Source: an uncultured Gammaproteobacteria bacterium (GTDB lineage: Bacteria > Pseudomonadota > Gammaproteobacteria > Chromatiales > Chromatiaceae). Taken from it: a stretch of 32,000 nt of DNA. The DNA lies in contig CAVZIJ010000003.1 of NCBI GenBank assembly GCA_963775335.1, positions 1,538,463 to 1,570,462 of the forward strand. The letters are read 5' to 3'. This document shows positions 14,469-22,588 of the stretch, piece after piece; the stretch's first letter is position 1, and each line of letters starts with the position of its first letter. The translations under genes and the position numbers were made by a program. Below the pieces are notes generated by a model. That model saw only the letters and a list, made by a program, of their open reading frames with translations. It was not told the DNA's origin and did no database searches.

Positions 14469-16820
14469 ATGCTCAGAGCAAATTCAAAACCCGGTCGGCG
14501 CCTTGCGGAGCTCACGCGGATCGTTCACGAGGTGGACTCCGCCCCCAACTTGGAGAATGCGCTGGCCGTGTTGGTGCGCCGGACCCGCGAGGTTATGGGC
14601 GCTGATGTCTGCACGGTGTACTTTACCGATGAGGACGATCGCCGGCATGTGATCGCTGCTACCGATGGCCTGTCGTCCCGGGTGGTGGGCAATGTCGACT
14701 GCGGGTTTGGCAAGGGCCTGATAGGGCGGGTTGCCGAGAGCCACCGAGCCCTTAATCTGGATGAGGTTCCGCCCGGGCTCGATCAAGACTTTCTGCGGCA
14801 GGCAGGGGTGGCCCCATACCGGGGTTTTCTCGGTGTGCCCGTTGTTCACAAGACGAAGGTTCTGGGCGTCCTGGTGGTGCGACAGCGCGAAGCGCGCCGC
14901 TTCGACGATGCCGACGAGGCATTCCTCGCCACCGTCGCCGCACAACTCGGCGGCGCGATCGCGTACGCGAAGGCGAGCGGGGAGTGGCGCAGGCTGTGCC
15001 GTCCACAGGAGTCGGTGCCGAGGCGGATCGAAGGACTGGCGGGTGCGCCGGGCCTGGCCTTGGGGCGCGGCGCGGTAGTGCTCGGTGCTCATCGGATCGG
15101 GCAAATCCCCGATCGTACCGTCGATGACACCCAAGCCGAGGAAGCCCGATTGCGCAGGGCAGTGCAAGAGGTCCAGGAGGAAGTGGCCGCGCTCGGCGGC
15201 GGCCTGGTAGGCGTTCTGTCGGAGGCGGATCGCGCCCTGTTTGACGCCTATGGTTTGTTGCTGGATAGCCCGGAGATCTTGGATGCCATGCTGGGCCTGG
15301 CGCGACAGCAGGGCGTTTGGGCGCCGGGCGCGGTATCTCGCGCCATTGAGGTGTACGCGTCCCGGTTCGATGCCATGCAGGACCCCTACCTGCGAGAGCG
15401 GGCTACGGATGTCCGGGCGCTCGGTGACCGAATCCTGGCGAAGCTGCTGGGTACCTCCGGCGCGGTGGCGATCGGGCAAGACGCCACGGTGCTGATCGGC
15501 CAGTCGCTGAGCGCCATCGATATCGGCCAGGCGCAGCGCGGAAATCTGGTCGGAATCATCTCCGGCGAAGGGTCGGCTCTCTCCCATGCCGCCATCCTCG
15601 CCCGCGCACTGGGCATTCCCGCGGTGGTCGGGGTGTCGGGTCTGCCCTTGGCGCATCTGGATGGCCAGGAGCTGGTGGTGGATGGGACCGCCGGTCAGGT
15701 GCATCTGCGCCCGGGCGCATCCATGCGTCGGGAATTCGAGCACACTATCGAAAGCCAGAGGCGCTCGGTGCAGGCCCTCGAGGCGGTGCGGGAACTTGAC
15801 GCGGTGACGCCAGATGGCGCCAGGGTGGATCTCTTCATCAATGCGGGGCTGAGCTTCGACCCGAAAGCGGCAGCATCGGCCGGTTCCGCGGGCATCGGGC
15901 TGTTTCGCTCCGAACTGCCCTTCATGCTGTTCGACCGCCTGCCCAGCGAGCACGAACAGCAGCAGATCTATCGGCAGGCGTTGCAGGCGATGAGCCCCTT
16001 GCCCGTCACACTGCGTACCCTCGACGTGGGTGGGGACAAGAACCTGCCTTACCTCGTCGCCGATGCCGGGGCCAACCCGGCCCTTGGCCGGCGGGGCATC
16101 CGCTTTACGCTGGATCATCCGGAGATATTCTTGACGCAGCTGCGAGCCGCCCTGCGAGCCAATGTCGGATTGGGCAATCTGCGTCTGCTGCTGCCCATGA
16201 TCGGTGGGGTCGATGAGCTGGAACAGGCGCTGGAAATGTTCGCGCAGGCGATGCAGCAACTGAGGGACGAAGGCTCGCCGGTCTCGCGTCCTCCCATCGG
16301 CGTCATGATCGAGGTGCCGGCGGCCGTCTATCAGGCCGAGGCGCTGGCCCGTCGGGCGGACTTCCTGTCGGTCGGGACCAACGACCTGGCGCAGTATCTG
16401 TTGGCGGCGGACCGCAACAATTCACGAATCTCCGCCCGCCTCGACCCCACGCATCCGGCGTTGCTTCTGGCGCTGAAACAGGTCGCGGATTCGGCACTTC
16501 ACGTGGGCAAGCCGGTGACCGTATGCGGGGAGATTGCCGGCGATCCGGCAATGGCGCTGCTGTTGCTGGGAATGGGATTTGACGGACTCAGCATGAGTCC
16601 CGCCGCACTGCCGGGGGTGAAGTGGGCCGTGCGCAATGTCGCCTCGGAGCGGATGCGCGCCTTGGCCGCGAAGGCGCTGCGGTGCGAGCACCCCGGATCC
16701 ATCCGCGAGCTTCTGGCCGTGGCGAACGACGAAATCGGAGTCGAGCGGTTGGCGTCACCAGCCGGCCGGAGCCACACTCGCGCGGATCGCAAGCAGGCAT
16801 TCGCCGCTGCCGGCACCTGA
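14469..16820 (+). CDS. ptsP: phosphoenolpyruvate-protein phosphotransferase PtsP (EI-Ntr, GAF + PEP-utilising domains)
   Basis: ATG at 14469 with GAAGGAAGG upstream. N-terminal GAF-like region. SHAAILARALGIPAVVG is the phospho-His loop. GIGLFRSELPFM and FLSVGTNDLAQYLLAADRNN are PEP-utilizer TIM-barrel motifs. Confidence 0.9.
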   Translation: MLRANSKPGRRLAELTRIVHEVDSAPNLENALAVLVRRTREVMGADVCTVYFTDEDDRRHVIAATDGLSSRVVGNVDCGFGKGLIGRVAESHRALNLDEVPPGLDQDFLRQAGVAPYRGFLGVPVVHKTKVLGVLVVRQREARRFDDADEAFLATVAAQLGGAIAYAKASGEWRRLCRPQESVPRRIEGLAGAPGLALGRGAVVLGAHRIGQIPDRTVDDTQAEEARLRRAVQEVQEEVAALGGGLVGVLSEADRALFDAYGLLLDSPEILDAMLGLARQQGVWAPGAVSRAIEVYASRFDAMQDPYLRERATDVRALGDRILAKLLGTSGAVAIGQDATVLIGQSLSAIDIGQAQRGNLVGIISGEGSALSHAAILARALGIPAVVGVSGLPLAHLDGQELVVDGTAGQVHLRPGASMRREFEHTIESQRRSVQALEAVRELDAVTPDGARVDLFINAGLSFDPKAAASAGSAGIGLFRSELPFMLFDRLPSEHEQQQIYRQALQAMSPLPVTLRTLDVGGDKNLPYLVADAGANPALGRRGIRFTLDHPEIFLTQLRAALRANVGLGNLRLLLPMIGGVDELEQALEMFAQAMQQLRDEGSPVSRPPIGVMIEVPAAVYQAEALARRADFLSVGTNDLAQYLLAADRNNSRISARLDPTHPALLLALKQVADSALHVGKPVTVCGEIAGDPAMALLLLGMGFDGLSMSPAALPGVKWAVRNVASERMRALAAKALRCEHPGSIRELLAVANDEIGVERLASPAGRSHTRADRKQAFAAAGT

Positions 16821-16826
16821 GAAGCC

Positions 16827-17060
16827 ATGCACCGGCACCCCGCGCTTCGCAACCTTTCCAGCGACCATCACAGCGGTCTGGTGCTCGCCTCGATCTTCGC
16901 GGGTACCCTCACCCGGGACGTTGTTCCGATATTCGATGGGTCGGACTGCCGGCTCTGGATGGCGGTCTCGCAGATCTCGTGGATGCTCGGCTTCGGCGCC
17001 TTCCCGGCGGCGTATATTCCGATCCGGATTCGACCACGGAGGATGGCCGGCGCCGGCTAA
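16827..17060 (+). CDS. hypothetical 77-aa ORF (possibly a gene remnant)
   Basis: High third-position GC in this frame. It begins MHRHPALRNLSSDHHSGLVLA. There is no firm family assignment. Confidence 0.2.
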   Translation: MHRHPALRNLSSDHHSGLVLASIFAGTLTRDVVPIFDGSDCRLWMAVSQISWMLGFGAFPAAYIPIRIRPRRMAGAG

Positions 17061-17073
17061 CCGGGCGCTCTCC

Positions 17074-17445
17074 ATGACTCCGAAGATCGAGATCAAACGG
17101 GTGTACGAGTCCCCGGTGCCGGAAGACGGTCGCCGTGTGCTGGTGGAGCGCCTGTGGCCGCGGGGCGTGCGCAAGGATGCCCTGAAACTGGACATGTGGG
17201 CCAGGGAGTTGGGGGCGAGCGACGTGCTGCGCCGTTGGTACGGCCATGACCCCGAGCGCTGGCCGGAGTTTCGACGGCGGTATCGGGCCGAGCTCCTGGG
17301 GCAGCCGGAGCATTGGCGCCCGCTTGTGGAGCTCGCCCGTGAAGACTCTCTGACGCTGCTGTTCAGCGCACGCGACCCGTTGCGCAACAATGCGTTTGCC
17401 CTACGTGAATTCTTGCTGGAGCGATTGACTGCTCCAGGGAATTGA
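17074..17445 (+). CDS. yeaO: DUF488 (YeaO-like) protein
   Basis: IEIKRVYESPVPEDGRRVLVERLWPRGVRKDALKLDMWARELGAS..LTLLFSARDPLRNNAFALREFL parallels E. coli YeaO ([47 protein letters not shown]). Only the last 123 codons of track ORF 16636..17445 are used. Confidence 0.8.
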   Translation: MTPKIEIKRVYESPVPEDGRRVLVERLWPRGVRKDALKLDMWARELGASDVLRRWYGHDPERWPEFRRRYRAELLGQPEHWRPLVELAREDSLTLLFSARDPLRNNAFALREFLLERLTAPGN

Positions 17446-17561
17446 CCGGGGAGCGGTGGACGCCGGCGCACTCAGGATGCCGGCATACACCACGTTGACG
17501 GTGCCGGTCGTCAGCCCGTTCTCCGGAAGATACCGGGCAAGCGGCTCAAACAGGCAGTCAC

Positions 17562-17780
17562 CTATCCCGTGCTCCGGGTGTCGCAGCGAGAGACCGTCGA
17601 TGAGACCGCCATGCGGCCAGCGAAGCGGTCAGCGACGGGCTCATCGGGCAGTAACCGATACCAGAGTGCCCCGTAGAGCGCCAATACCAGCGTCTCGCGC
17701 CGGGAAACATCGTCCACGCCGGCGGCCTTGAGCACCGCATCGAGCACGCGTCGGCGATGAGCCATCAGAGACAGAGTCAA
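17562..17780 (-). pseudogene. TetR-family regulator C-terminal fragment (no HTH region, probable frameshift near 17600)
   Basis: ..LVLALYGALWYRLLPDEPVADRFAGRMA.. resembles a TetR_C ligand-binding domain. A second frame continues with ..IDGLSLRHPEHG.. No N-terminal HTH can fit before the norZ stop at 17833. Confidence 0.35.
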
Positions 17781-17832
17781 TGGTCGACACCTTGGCCCGC
17801 ATGCCGGAATGCGCGGGTATCCTGGCGCAACC

Positions 17833-20112
17833 TTACGCCGGCCGACGGCCTACCCACAGTTTGCGCAGGAAATCATAGGCCATGACCAGCGCGCCCAGGG
17901 CGAAAACCACATCGCCCGGCATACGCATCCACTGCCAGAACACCATGGTGTCATAGAACTTCAGGCTGCGCGCATAGGCGTAACCGTGGGTGTACACCGC
18001 TTCCAGCTGCGGCCATCCGATCGGATAGAAATTCATCACGATCCACATGGCCAAGCCGATGTTGTAGAGCCAGAAAGCCCATACTCCCGCCCGATCACTC
18101 CAGGGGCGCTCACCGTTTAGGAAGCGTAGCACCATGTAAATGAGACCGATGGCCAACAGACCGAAGGCGCCGAATAGGGAAGTATGCGCGTGGTTGAGCG
18201 TCAGGAAGGTGCCATGCTCGTAGTAGTTGACCAGCGGCGCATTGAGCGTGCCTCCGCCGAACACGCCCGCGCCAACGAAGTTCCAGAACGCCGAGCCTAG
18301 AATGTACAGATAGGCCAACCGGTAGGGAAAATGGTTTTGCTCGGCGATGTGTCGACGCTGGTCGATCGCTTCCATGACCAGCAGGAACAACGGTAGTACC
18401 TCGAGGAACGAGAACATGCTGCCGACGCCAATCCACAGCCCCGGCTCGCCCGCCCAGTACATATGGTGCCCCGTCCCAAGGATGCCGCTCAACAGGATCA
18501 GGATCCACTCGAACAGCACCGCACGCTCGACCAGCTGGCGCGTTACCAATCCCAGTGCCATCAGGAAGTAGCCGGTGATGGCCGCCGTGAACAGCTCGAA
18601 CGCCCACTCGACCCACAGGTGCACCACCCACCAGCGCCAGAAGTCAGTGATGGCAAACGACGGGTTGGGCTCTGCCAGCGGGACCATGCCGAACACGTAG
18701 ATCACGGCTACGCCCAGGGTGCTGTACCACAGCAGATGTTCGATGCGGAACAGACTGTAGAGCGAGCCGCCCTCCTTGAACAGCGTCTGCAGCGTCGGCC
18801 AGAAGGCGCGCAGCAACACCAGACTCCAGACGAAAAGACCCACGAAGAACAGTATTTGCCAGAAGCGCCCCAGCTCGAGATAGGACAAACCCTGGTTCCC
18901 GAACCAGAACCAGTGCTTGCCGATCACGCCCATGATGCCCAGGTAGTTGCCTGTCAACGCGCCGGCGACGATCACCACAAGCACCCAGAAGATCAGGTTG
19001 ACCAGCAGCCGTTGGCCTGCCGGCTCGCGCTTGCCGATCAGCGGCGCGAGAAACAGGCCAGCGCCGATCCAGCTCACGCCAATCCAGACGATGGGTGCCT
19101 GCAAGTGCACGTCGCGCAGGAAAGCGAACGGCAGCCAGCGGTTGACATCGACACCGTAAAAACCAGACCGCTCAGCGTAGTAGTGAGCGAGGATACCGCC
19201 GGCACCGATTTGCACCAGCAGCACCGCCGCCACCACCAGAAAATACTTCCACAGCGCCTTCTGGCTTGGCGTGAGCGCGGCAAAGCCTTGCAGTGTGGGC
19301 GCATAGGTTTCGTTCGGGGCTTTTGGCTCGATGAACAGGCGGAACACGACCAGCACCGCGCCGATGCCAAAGAACACCAGGGTGAGAGAGGCCCACGTCC
19401 ACTGAAACGTCGAGGCGGTGGGAACGTTGCCGACCAGCGGTTCGGCCGGCCAGTTGGAGGTCCAGGAATAGTCTTTACCCGGACGGCGCGCCACGGTAGT
19501 CAGCGACGAGTACAGTAAGAAGTCTGCGGTCTGTGCAGCGCTGGTCGCATCCAGGCTGTAAGCACGCGTGTAACCCTTGACGTCGTTATCGCCCAGCAGC
19601 AACGGCGTGATGCGCCCGCGCAGAGTGATGATCGCATCGGCCACGGGCGGCGGCAGCACAACCGTCGGTTGACTCAAATCTATCCCCTGCAGCGCCGCCC
19701 GCATCGCTTGCGTGACCCCGGACTGCTGATCGGGCGTCAGCCGGGCAAAGGGCACGCGGAATCGTGTTTGCGCGACCTCGTCTTGAACCTCCCGGGCAAG
19801 CTGCACCAGATACTCGGCGGTGTAGTCCTCGCCAAAATACGACCCCATACCGTAAAGGCTGCCGTAATCCATCAGATCCGCCTGCTGGAACCCGGATTTG
19901 CCGGCAACCACGTCGTCGCGGGTCATCACGACCTGCCCGGAGGGACTTACGAACTGCTTCGGCAGTGGGGCCGCTTCGCGGTAGGTGGCATAGGTGGCCC
20001 AGAGCATCGCGCCCCAGCAGCACAGCGTCACGGCTAACAGGACCCAGATCAAGGCCTTGCTTGTCTTGTCCTGGGGTGTGTCTCCGGAGTTTGGGACTCG
20101 AGTGGAAATCAT
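17833..20112 (-). CDS. norZ: quinol-dependent nitric oxide reductase (qNOR, single-subunit NorB/NorZ type, 759 aa)
   Basis: About 760 aa, with an N-terminal fused domain (..SGFQQADLMDYGSLYGMGSYFGEDYTAEYL..) followed by about 12 TM helices of heme-copper oxidase subunit I type (GTGHHMYWAG, NHAHTSLFGAFG). The length and fused N-terminus distinguish qNOR from cNOR NorB. Confidence 0.9.
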   Translation of the reverse strand: MISTRVPNSGDTPQDKTSKALIWVLLAVTLCCWGAMLWATYATYREAAPLPKQFVSPSGQVVMTRDDVVAGKSGFQQADLMDYGSLYGMGSYFGEDYTAEYLVQLAREVQDEVAQTRFRVPFARLTPDQQSGVTQAMRAALQGIDLSQPTVVLPPPVADAIITLRGRITPLLLGDNDVKGYTRAYSLDATSAAQTADFLLYSSLTTVARRPGKDYSWTSNWPAEPLVGNVPTASTFQWTWASLTLVFFGIGAVLVVFRLFIEPKAPNETYAPTLQGFAALTPSQKALWKYFLVVAAVLLVQIGAGGILAHYYAERSGFYGVDVNRWLPFAFLRDVHLQAPIVWIGVSWIGAGLFLAPLIGKREPAGQRLLVNLIFWVLVVIVAGALTGNYLGIMGVIGKHWFWFGNQGLSYLELGRFWQILFFVGLFVWSLVLLRAFWPTLQTLFKEGGSLYSLFRIEHLLWYSTLGVAVIYVFGMVPLAEPNPSFAITDFWRWWVVHLWVEWAFELFTAAITGYFLMALGLVTRQLVERAVLFEWILILLSGILGTGHHMYWAGEPGLWIGVGSMFSFLEVLPLFLLVMEAIDQRRHIAEQNHFPYRLAYLYILGSAFWNFVGAGVFGGGTLNAPLVNYYEHGTFLTLNHAHTSLFGAFGLLAIGLIYMVLRFLNGERPWSDRAGVWAFWLYNIGLAMWIVMNFYPIGWPQLEAVYTHGYAYARSLKFYDTMVFWQWMRMPGDVVFALGALVMAYDFLRKLWVGRRPA

Positions 20113-20171
20113 GGCGGCTCTCTGCGATTGGGCTTGCGCGAGAATATAACCAAGGGCGGCAGTCGGGATAC

Positions 20172-20185
20172 TTGATGTTAGTCAA
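20172..20185. promoter_or_regulatory. FNR/DNR/NNR-type box TTGATGTTAGTCAA upstream of norZ
   Basis: 9 of 10 half-site matches to TTGAT-N4-ATCAA. The centre lies about 42 nt upstream of the position expected for a transcript started from the minus-strand TATATT at 20148-20143. This is class II geometry. The norZ ATG is at 20112. Confidence 0.6.
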
Positions 20186-20219
20186 GAGGCAACGCGTGTC
20201 AGCAGGAGCCGCAGCATGA

Positions 20220-20498
20220 TCAGGCGGCGCAGGCCCAGCCGGTGAGCGCCCTGGGCCACGCCCGGGGAGTCGAGATGCGCGGCGCGACGTTCTCGCCCTC
20301 GTCGACCAGGGCGGGATAGCCCTGCCCCTCGCGCTCCACGTCCGCCATGAACGCGCGAAGCTCTGCGGCGCTGATCCCGAGCACCCGCTTGCCGAGCGCG
20401 TGCAGCGCGCCCTCCGCGTCGATGACGTAGTCGCGCGACTCGCCCTGGCACCGGGTGAGGCCCTGCTCTTCCTCGTGGGGCTCGGGCGCGAGCGCCAA
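20220..20498 (-). CDS. hypothetical ORF / possible 3' gene fragment (TTG start in track)
   Basis: Very high third-position GC in this frame (..RDYVIDAEGALHALGKRVLGISAAELRAFMADVEREGQGYPALVDEGENV..). There is no ATG start. Its 5' end abuts the duplicated module at 20510, so it may be truncated. Confidence 0.3.
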   Translation of the reverse strand: MALAPEPHEEEQGLTRCQGESRDYVIDAEGALHALGKRVLGISAAELRAFMADVEREGQGYPALVDEGENVAPRISTPRAWPRALTGWACAA

Positions 20499-20509
20499 CC
20501 CCGGGCGCC

Positions 20510-20581
20510 ACGTGGGTTCTCACACACCCTCTGAAAACACCAAGGGCCCCACGCGGGGGCCCCTTGGTGTTTTTGGCGGAG
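20510..20581. repeat. copy 1 of the duplicated module (22-nt box + A-tract/hairpin/T-tract + GGCGGAG)
   Basis: Copy 1: ACGTGGGTTCTCACACACCCTC-TGAAAA-CACCAAGGGCCCCACGCGGGGGCCCCTTGGTG-TTTTT-GGCGGAG. It aligns with copy 2 at 20676-20744. Confidence 0.8.
20534..20574. terminator. bidirectional rho-independent terminator-like hairpin
   Basis: A-tract at 20534-37, a GC-rich stem of ~13 bp (CACCAAGGGCCCC / GGGGCCCCTTGGTG, slightly imperfect), then T5 at 20570-74. Confidence 0.6.
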
Positions 20582-20697
20582 AGGGTGGGATTGACTCGGG
20601 CCATCCGTGGCCCTCGCCCTTCGGGCGCTGCTGCGCAGCGTCCAAAACGGCATTCCTACCGTTTTGTCGAACCCAACGTGGGTTCTCACCCACCCTC
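20581..20697. other. 117-nt highly structured segment between the two module copies (possible small RNA or recombination arm)
   Basis: A 9-bp closing helix, GAGGGTGGG (20581-89) / CCCACCCTC (20689-97), encloses five consecutive hairpins. They are GGGCCA-TCCG-TGGCCC (20598-613), CGCCC-TTC-GGGCG (20615-27), CGCTGC-TGC-GCAGCG (20626-40), AAAACGG-N8-CCGTTTT (20644-65) and GAACCCA-ACG-TGGGTTC (20669-85). Confidence 0.3.
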
Positions 20698-20744
20698 AAA
20701 AATGCAGAAGGCCCCACACGGAGGCCTTCTGCATTTTGGCGGAG
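20676..20744. repeat. copy 2 of the duplicated module
   Basis: Copy 2: ACGTGGGTTCTCACCCACCCTC-AAAAA-TGCAGAAGGCCCCACACGGAGGCCTTCTGCA-TTTT-GGCGGAG. The outer stem differs from copy 1 by compensatory changes (CACCA..TGGTG vs TGCAG..CTGCA). Confidence 0.8.
20698..20737. terminator. bidirectional rho-independent terminator-like hairpin
   Basis: A5 at 20698-702, a perfect 11-bp stem TGCAGAAGGCC (20703-13) / GGCCTTCTGCA (20723-33), then T4 at 20734-37. Confidence 0.65.
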
Positions 20745-20914
20745 CGGATGTCCGCCGCTATGGTTTCCAGAAGCATCCAAGGACGGCACGCAACGTATTG
20801 CTTTTTACGACTTTTTTGTCCGACACGATCCCGTAAGATGTATTATAATCCATGTCATCGCGGGGGACCGATTGGGGGACCACCGCTTACCGCCGACACC
20901 CAACGGAGGACGAC

Positions 20915-22108
20915 ATGGGCAAGCTCACAGCACGCAAGGTCGAAACCGCCAAACCCGGCAAGTACGAGGACGGGGACGGGCTTCGGCTCGTCGTATCCGC
21001 CACGAAGGCCAAGAAGTGGGTCTACCGCTACACCTTCGAGGGTAACCGCCGCGAGATGGGCCTCGGAAGCTTCAAGGATGTCAGTCTGGCTGACGCACGC
21101 GACCTGGTCAGCAACTACCGGGGACTGATCCGCCAAGGCAAAGACCCCATCGAGACCCGCCACCTGGAGGACCAGACGCCCACGGTCCCCACCTTCACGT
21201 CCTGCGCGGCCCGCTTCATCCGCGCCCGTCGCCGCGAGTGGTCGAACCCCAAGCACGCCCGGCAGTGGTGCGCAACGCTCAAGACGTATGCCCGCCCGGT
21301 CATCGGCTCCAAGCCCGTCGAGACGATCCAGACCGAAGACGTGCTGAAGGTCCTTAAACCCATTTGGCAAAGCAAGACCGAGACGGCCAAACGAGTGCAA
21401 GGGCGGCTCGAAAACATCCTCGACTTTGCGGCCGCGCACAAGTGGCGCGATCCCGTCAACCCCGCCCGCTGGCGCGGCCATCTCGACAAGATCCTTCCCC
21501 GCCCGACCAAGGTGACGCGGGTCGAGCACCATCCCGCCATGCCGCATACCGAGGTCCCGGCCTTCATGGCCGAGCTGGCCGGGAACAACAGCATTTCATC
21601 CGTGGCGCTGCGGTTCCTGATCCTGACCGCCTGCCGCACCGGGGAAGTGCTCGGGGCGCAGTGGTCGGAGATAGACCTAGAGGCCGCCGTGTGGACCGTG
21701 CCCGCCGATCGCATGAAGGCCAAACGTGAACACCGGGTGCCACTCTCCGAGGCCGCCTTGGCCGCCCTGCGCGCCCTTCCACGCATCGAGGGCAACCCTT
21801 ACCTCTTCCCCGGCGCCCGCCATGGCCGGCCCCTGTCGAACATGGCCCTGTTGCAGATGATGCGCGGCTTGGGCTACGGGGTCGGCGGCGACCGCGGCGA
21901 CTACGTGGTCCACGGCTTCCGCTCCAGCTTCCGCGACTGGTCGGGCGAGGTCTCCACCTTCCCGCGAGACGTGGCCGAGATGGCTCTGGCCCACGTCATC
22001 GAGAACAAGGTGGAAGCCGCTTACCGTCGAGGGGACCTGTTCGACAAGCGCCGCGCCATGATGCAAGAGTGGTCAAACTGGTGTGCTGAAGAACGGAGTC
22101 AACTTTGA
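20915..22108 (+). CDS. int: P4-type (DUF4102 N-terminal) tyrosine integrase
   Basis: ATG at 20915 with ACGGAGGA upstream. MGKLTARKVETAKPGKYEDGDGLRLVV..KKWVYRYTFEGNRREMGLGSF is the typical DUF4102 arm-binding N-terminus. The catalytic region has RFLILTACRTGE, HGFRSSFRDW and AAYRRGD. Confidence 0.9.
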   Translation: MGKLTARKVETAKPGKYEDGDGLRLVVSATKAKKWVYRYTFEGNRREMGLGSFKDVSLADARDLVSNYRGLIRQGKDPIETRHLEDQTPTVPTFTSCAARFIRARRREWSNPKHARQWCATLKTYARPVIGSKPVETIQTEDVLKVLKPIWQSKTETAKRVQGRLENILDFAAAHKWRDPVNPARWRGHLDKILPRPTKVTRVEHHPAMPHTEVPAFMAELAGNNSISSVALRFLILTACRTGEVLGAQWSEIDLEAAVWTVPADRMKAKREHRVPLSEAALAALRALPRIEGNPYLFPGARHGRPLSNMALLQMMRGLGYGVGGDRGDYVVHGFRSSFRDWSGEVSTFPRDVAEMALAHVIENKVEAAYRRGDLFDKRRAMMQEWSNWCAEERSQL

Positions 22109-22342
22109 ACCGTCCTGCGAATAATGCACCATTACAGCAATATATTGTAAATACGAATCCCTAATCACTCATAACGAGGTAATTCATATATTTCGGTAAT
22201 TGAGATTACACCTAGACGAACTGATGCGTTAACAACATCGAGCCAAACAGCAATATAAAATCAATTATTTTTCAATGACTTGCAAATCCCCGGCGCATCG
22301 GATAACAATAAATGCGTCCACCAACATCCCCGGGGTATGAAC

Positions 22343-22588
22343 ATGCAATACGATTCCCTCCTTCGATTGCCCACTGTCCTCCAAAGAACCGGGGACAGCC
22401 GCAGCGCCCATTACAAGCGAATTACTGACGGCACAATGCCGCCTCCAGTCAAACTCAGCTTGCGTGCCATTGCCTGGCCGGCCAGCGAAGTCACGGCAAT
22501 TGTAGCGGCACGAATTGCAGGAAAGTCCGATTCTGAAATACGCCTATTAGTCGCTGATCTGGTCGCGCGACGCAAGGACGCCGCATGA
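22343..22588 (+). CDS. alpA: AlpA-family phage/island transcriptional regulator
   Basis: LLRLPTVLQRTGDSRSAHYKRITDGTMPPPVKLSLRAIAWPASEVTAIV matches the AlpA pattern (LRLxEV..TGxSRSxxYxxIxxGxFPxPVKLGxRxVxWxxxEV). It is preceded by an AT-rich 230-bp spacer. An alternative ATG lies at 22337. Confidence 0.8.
   Translation: MQYDSLLRLPTVLQRTGDSRSAHYKRITDGTMPPPVKLSLRAIAWPASEVTAIVAARIAGKSDSEIRLLVADLVARRKDAA

Noticed and set aside
14484-16259. 591-aa ORF antisense to ptsP. Similar long antisense or alternative-frame ORFs: 18463-19518, 19586-20689, 12684-13715, 20855-21547, 21115-21795, 747-1298, 1341-1979, 8796-9581, 16755-17471
   Set aside because: Their translations are Arg/Pro/Gly/Ala-rich and low-complexity. 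They lie opposite genes with strong motif support. This is typical stop-codon-poor shadow ORF behaviour in high-GC DNA.
16636-17073. Long ORF upstream of and in frame with the yeaO-like gene
   Set aside because: The first 146 codons are Arg/Ser/Pro-rich and overlap the ptsP 3' end. YeaO homology begins at the ATG at 17074.
20574-20700. Possible minus-strand tRNA (Ser/Sec-like) ending ..AATCCCACCCTCTCCGCCA followed by a terminator
   Set aside because: Only the last ~19 nt look like a tRNA 3' end. Upstream there is no T-stem partner (GAGTC instead of GGTTC context), no D-arm and no anticodon-arm geometry, and the 9-bp closing helix spans 117 nt, which is too long. It is treated as an att-like scar or structured element instead. 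The second ..CTCCGCCA at 20738-20745 likewise has no cloverleaf.
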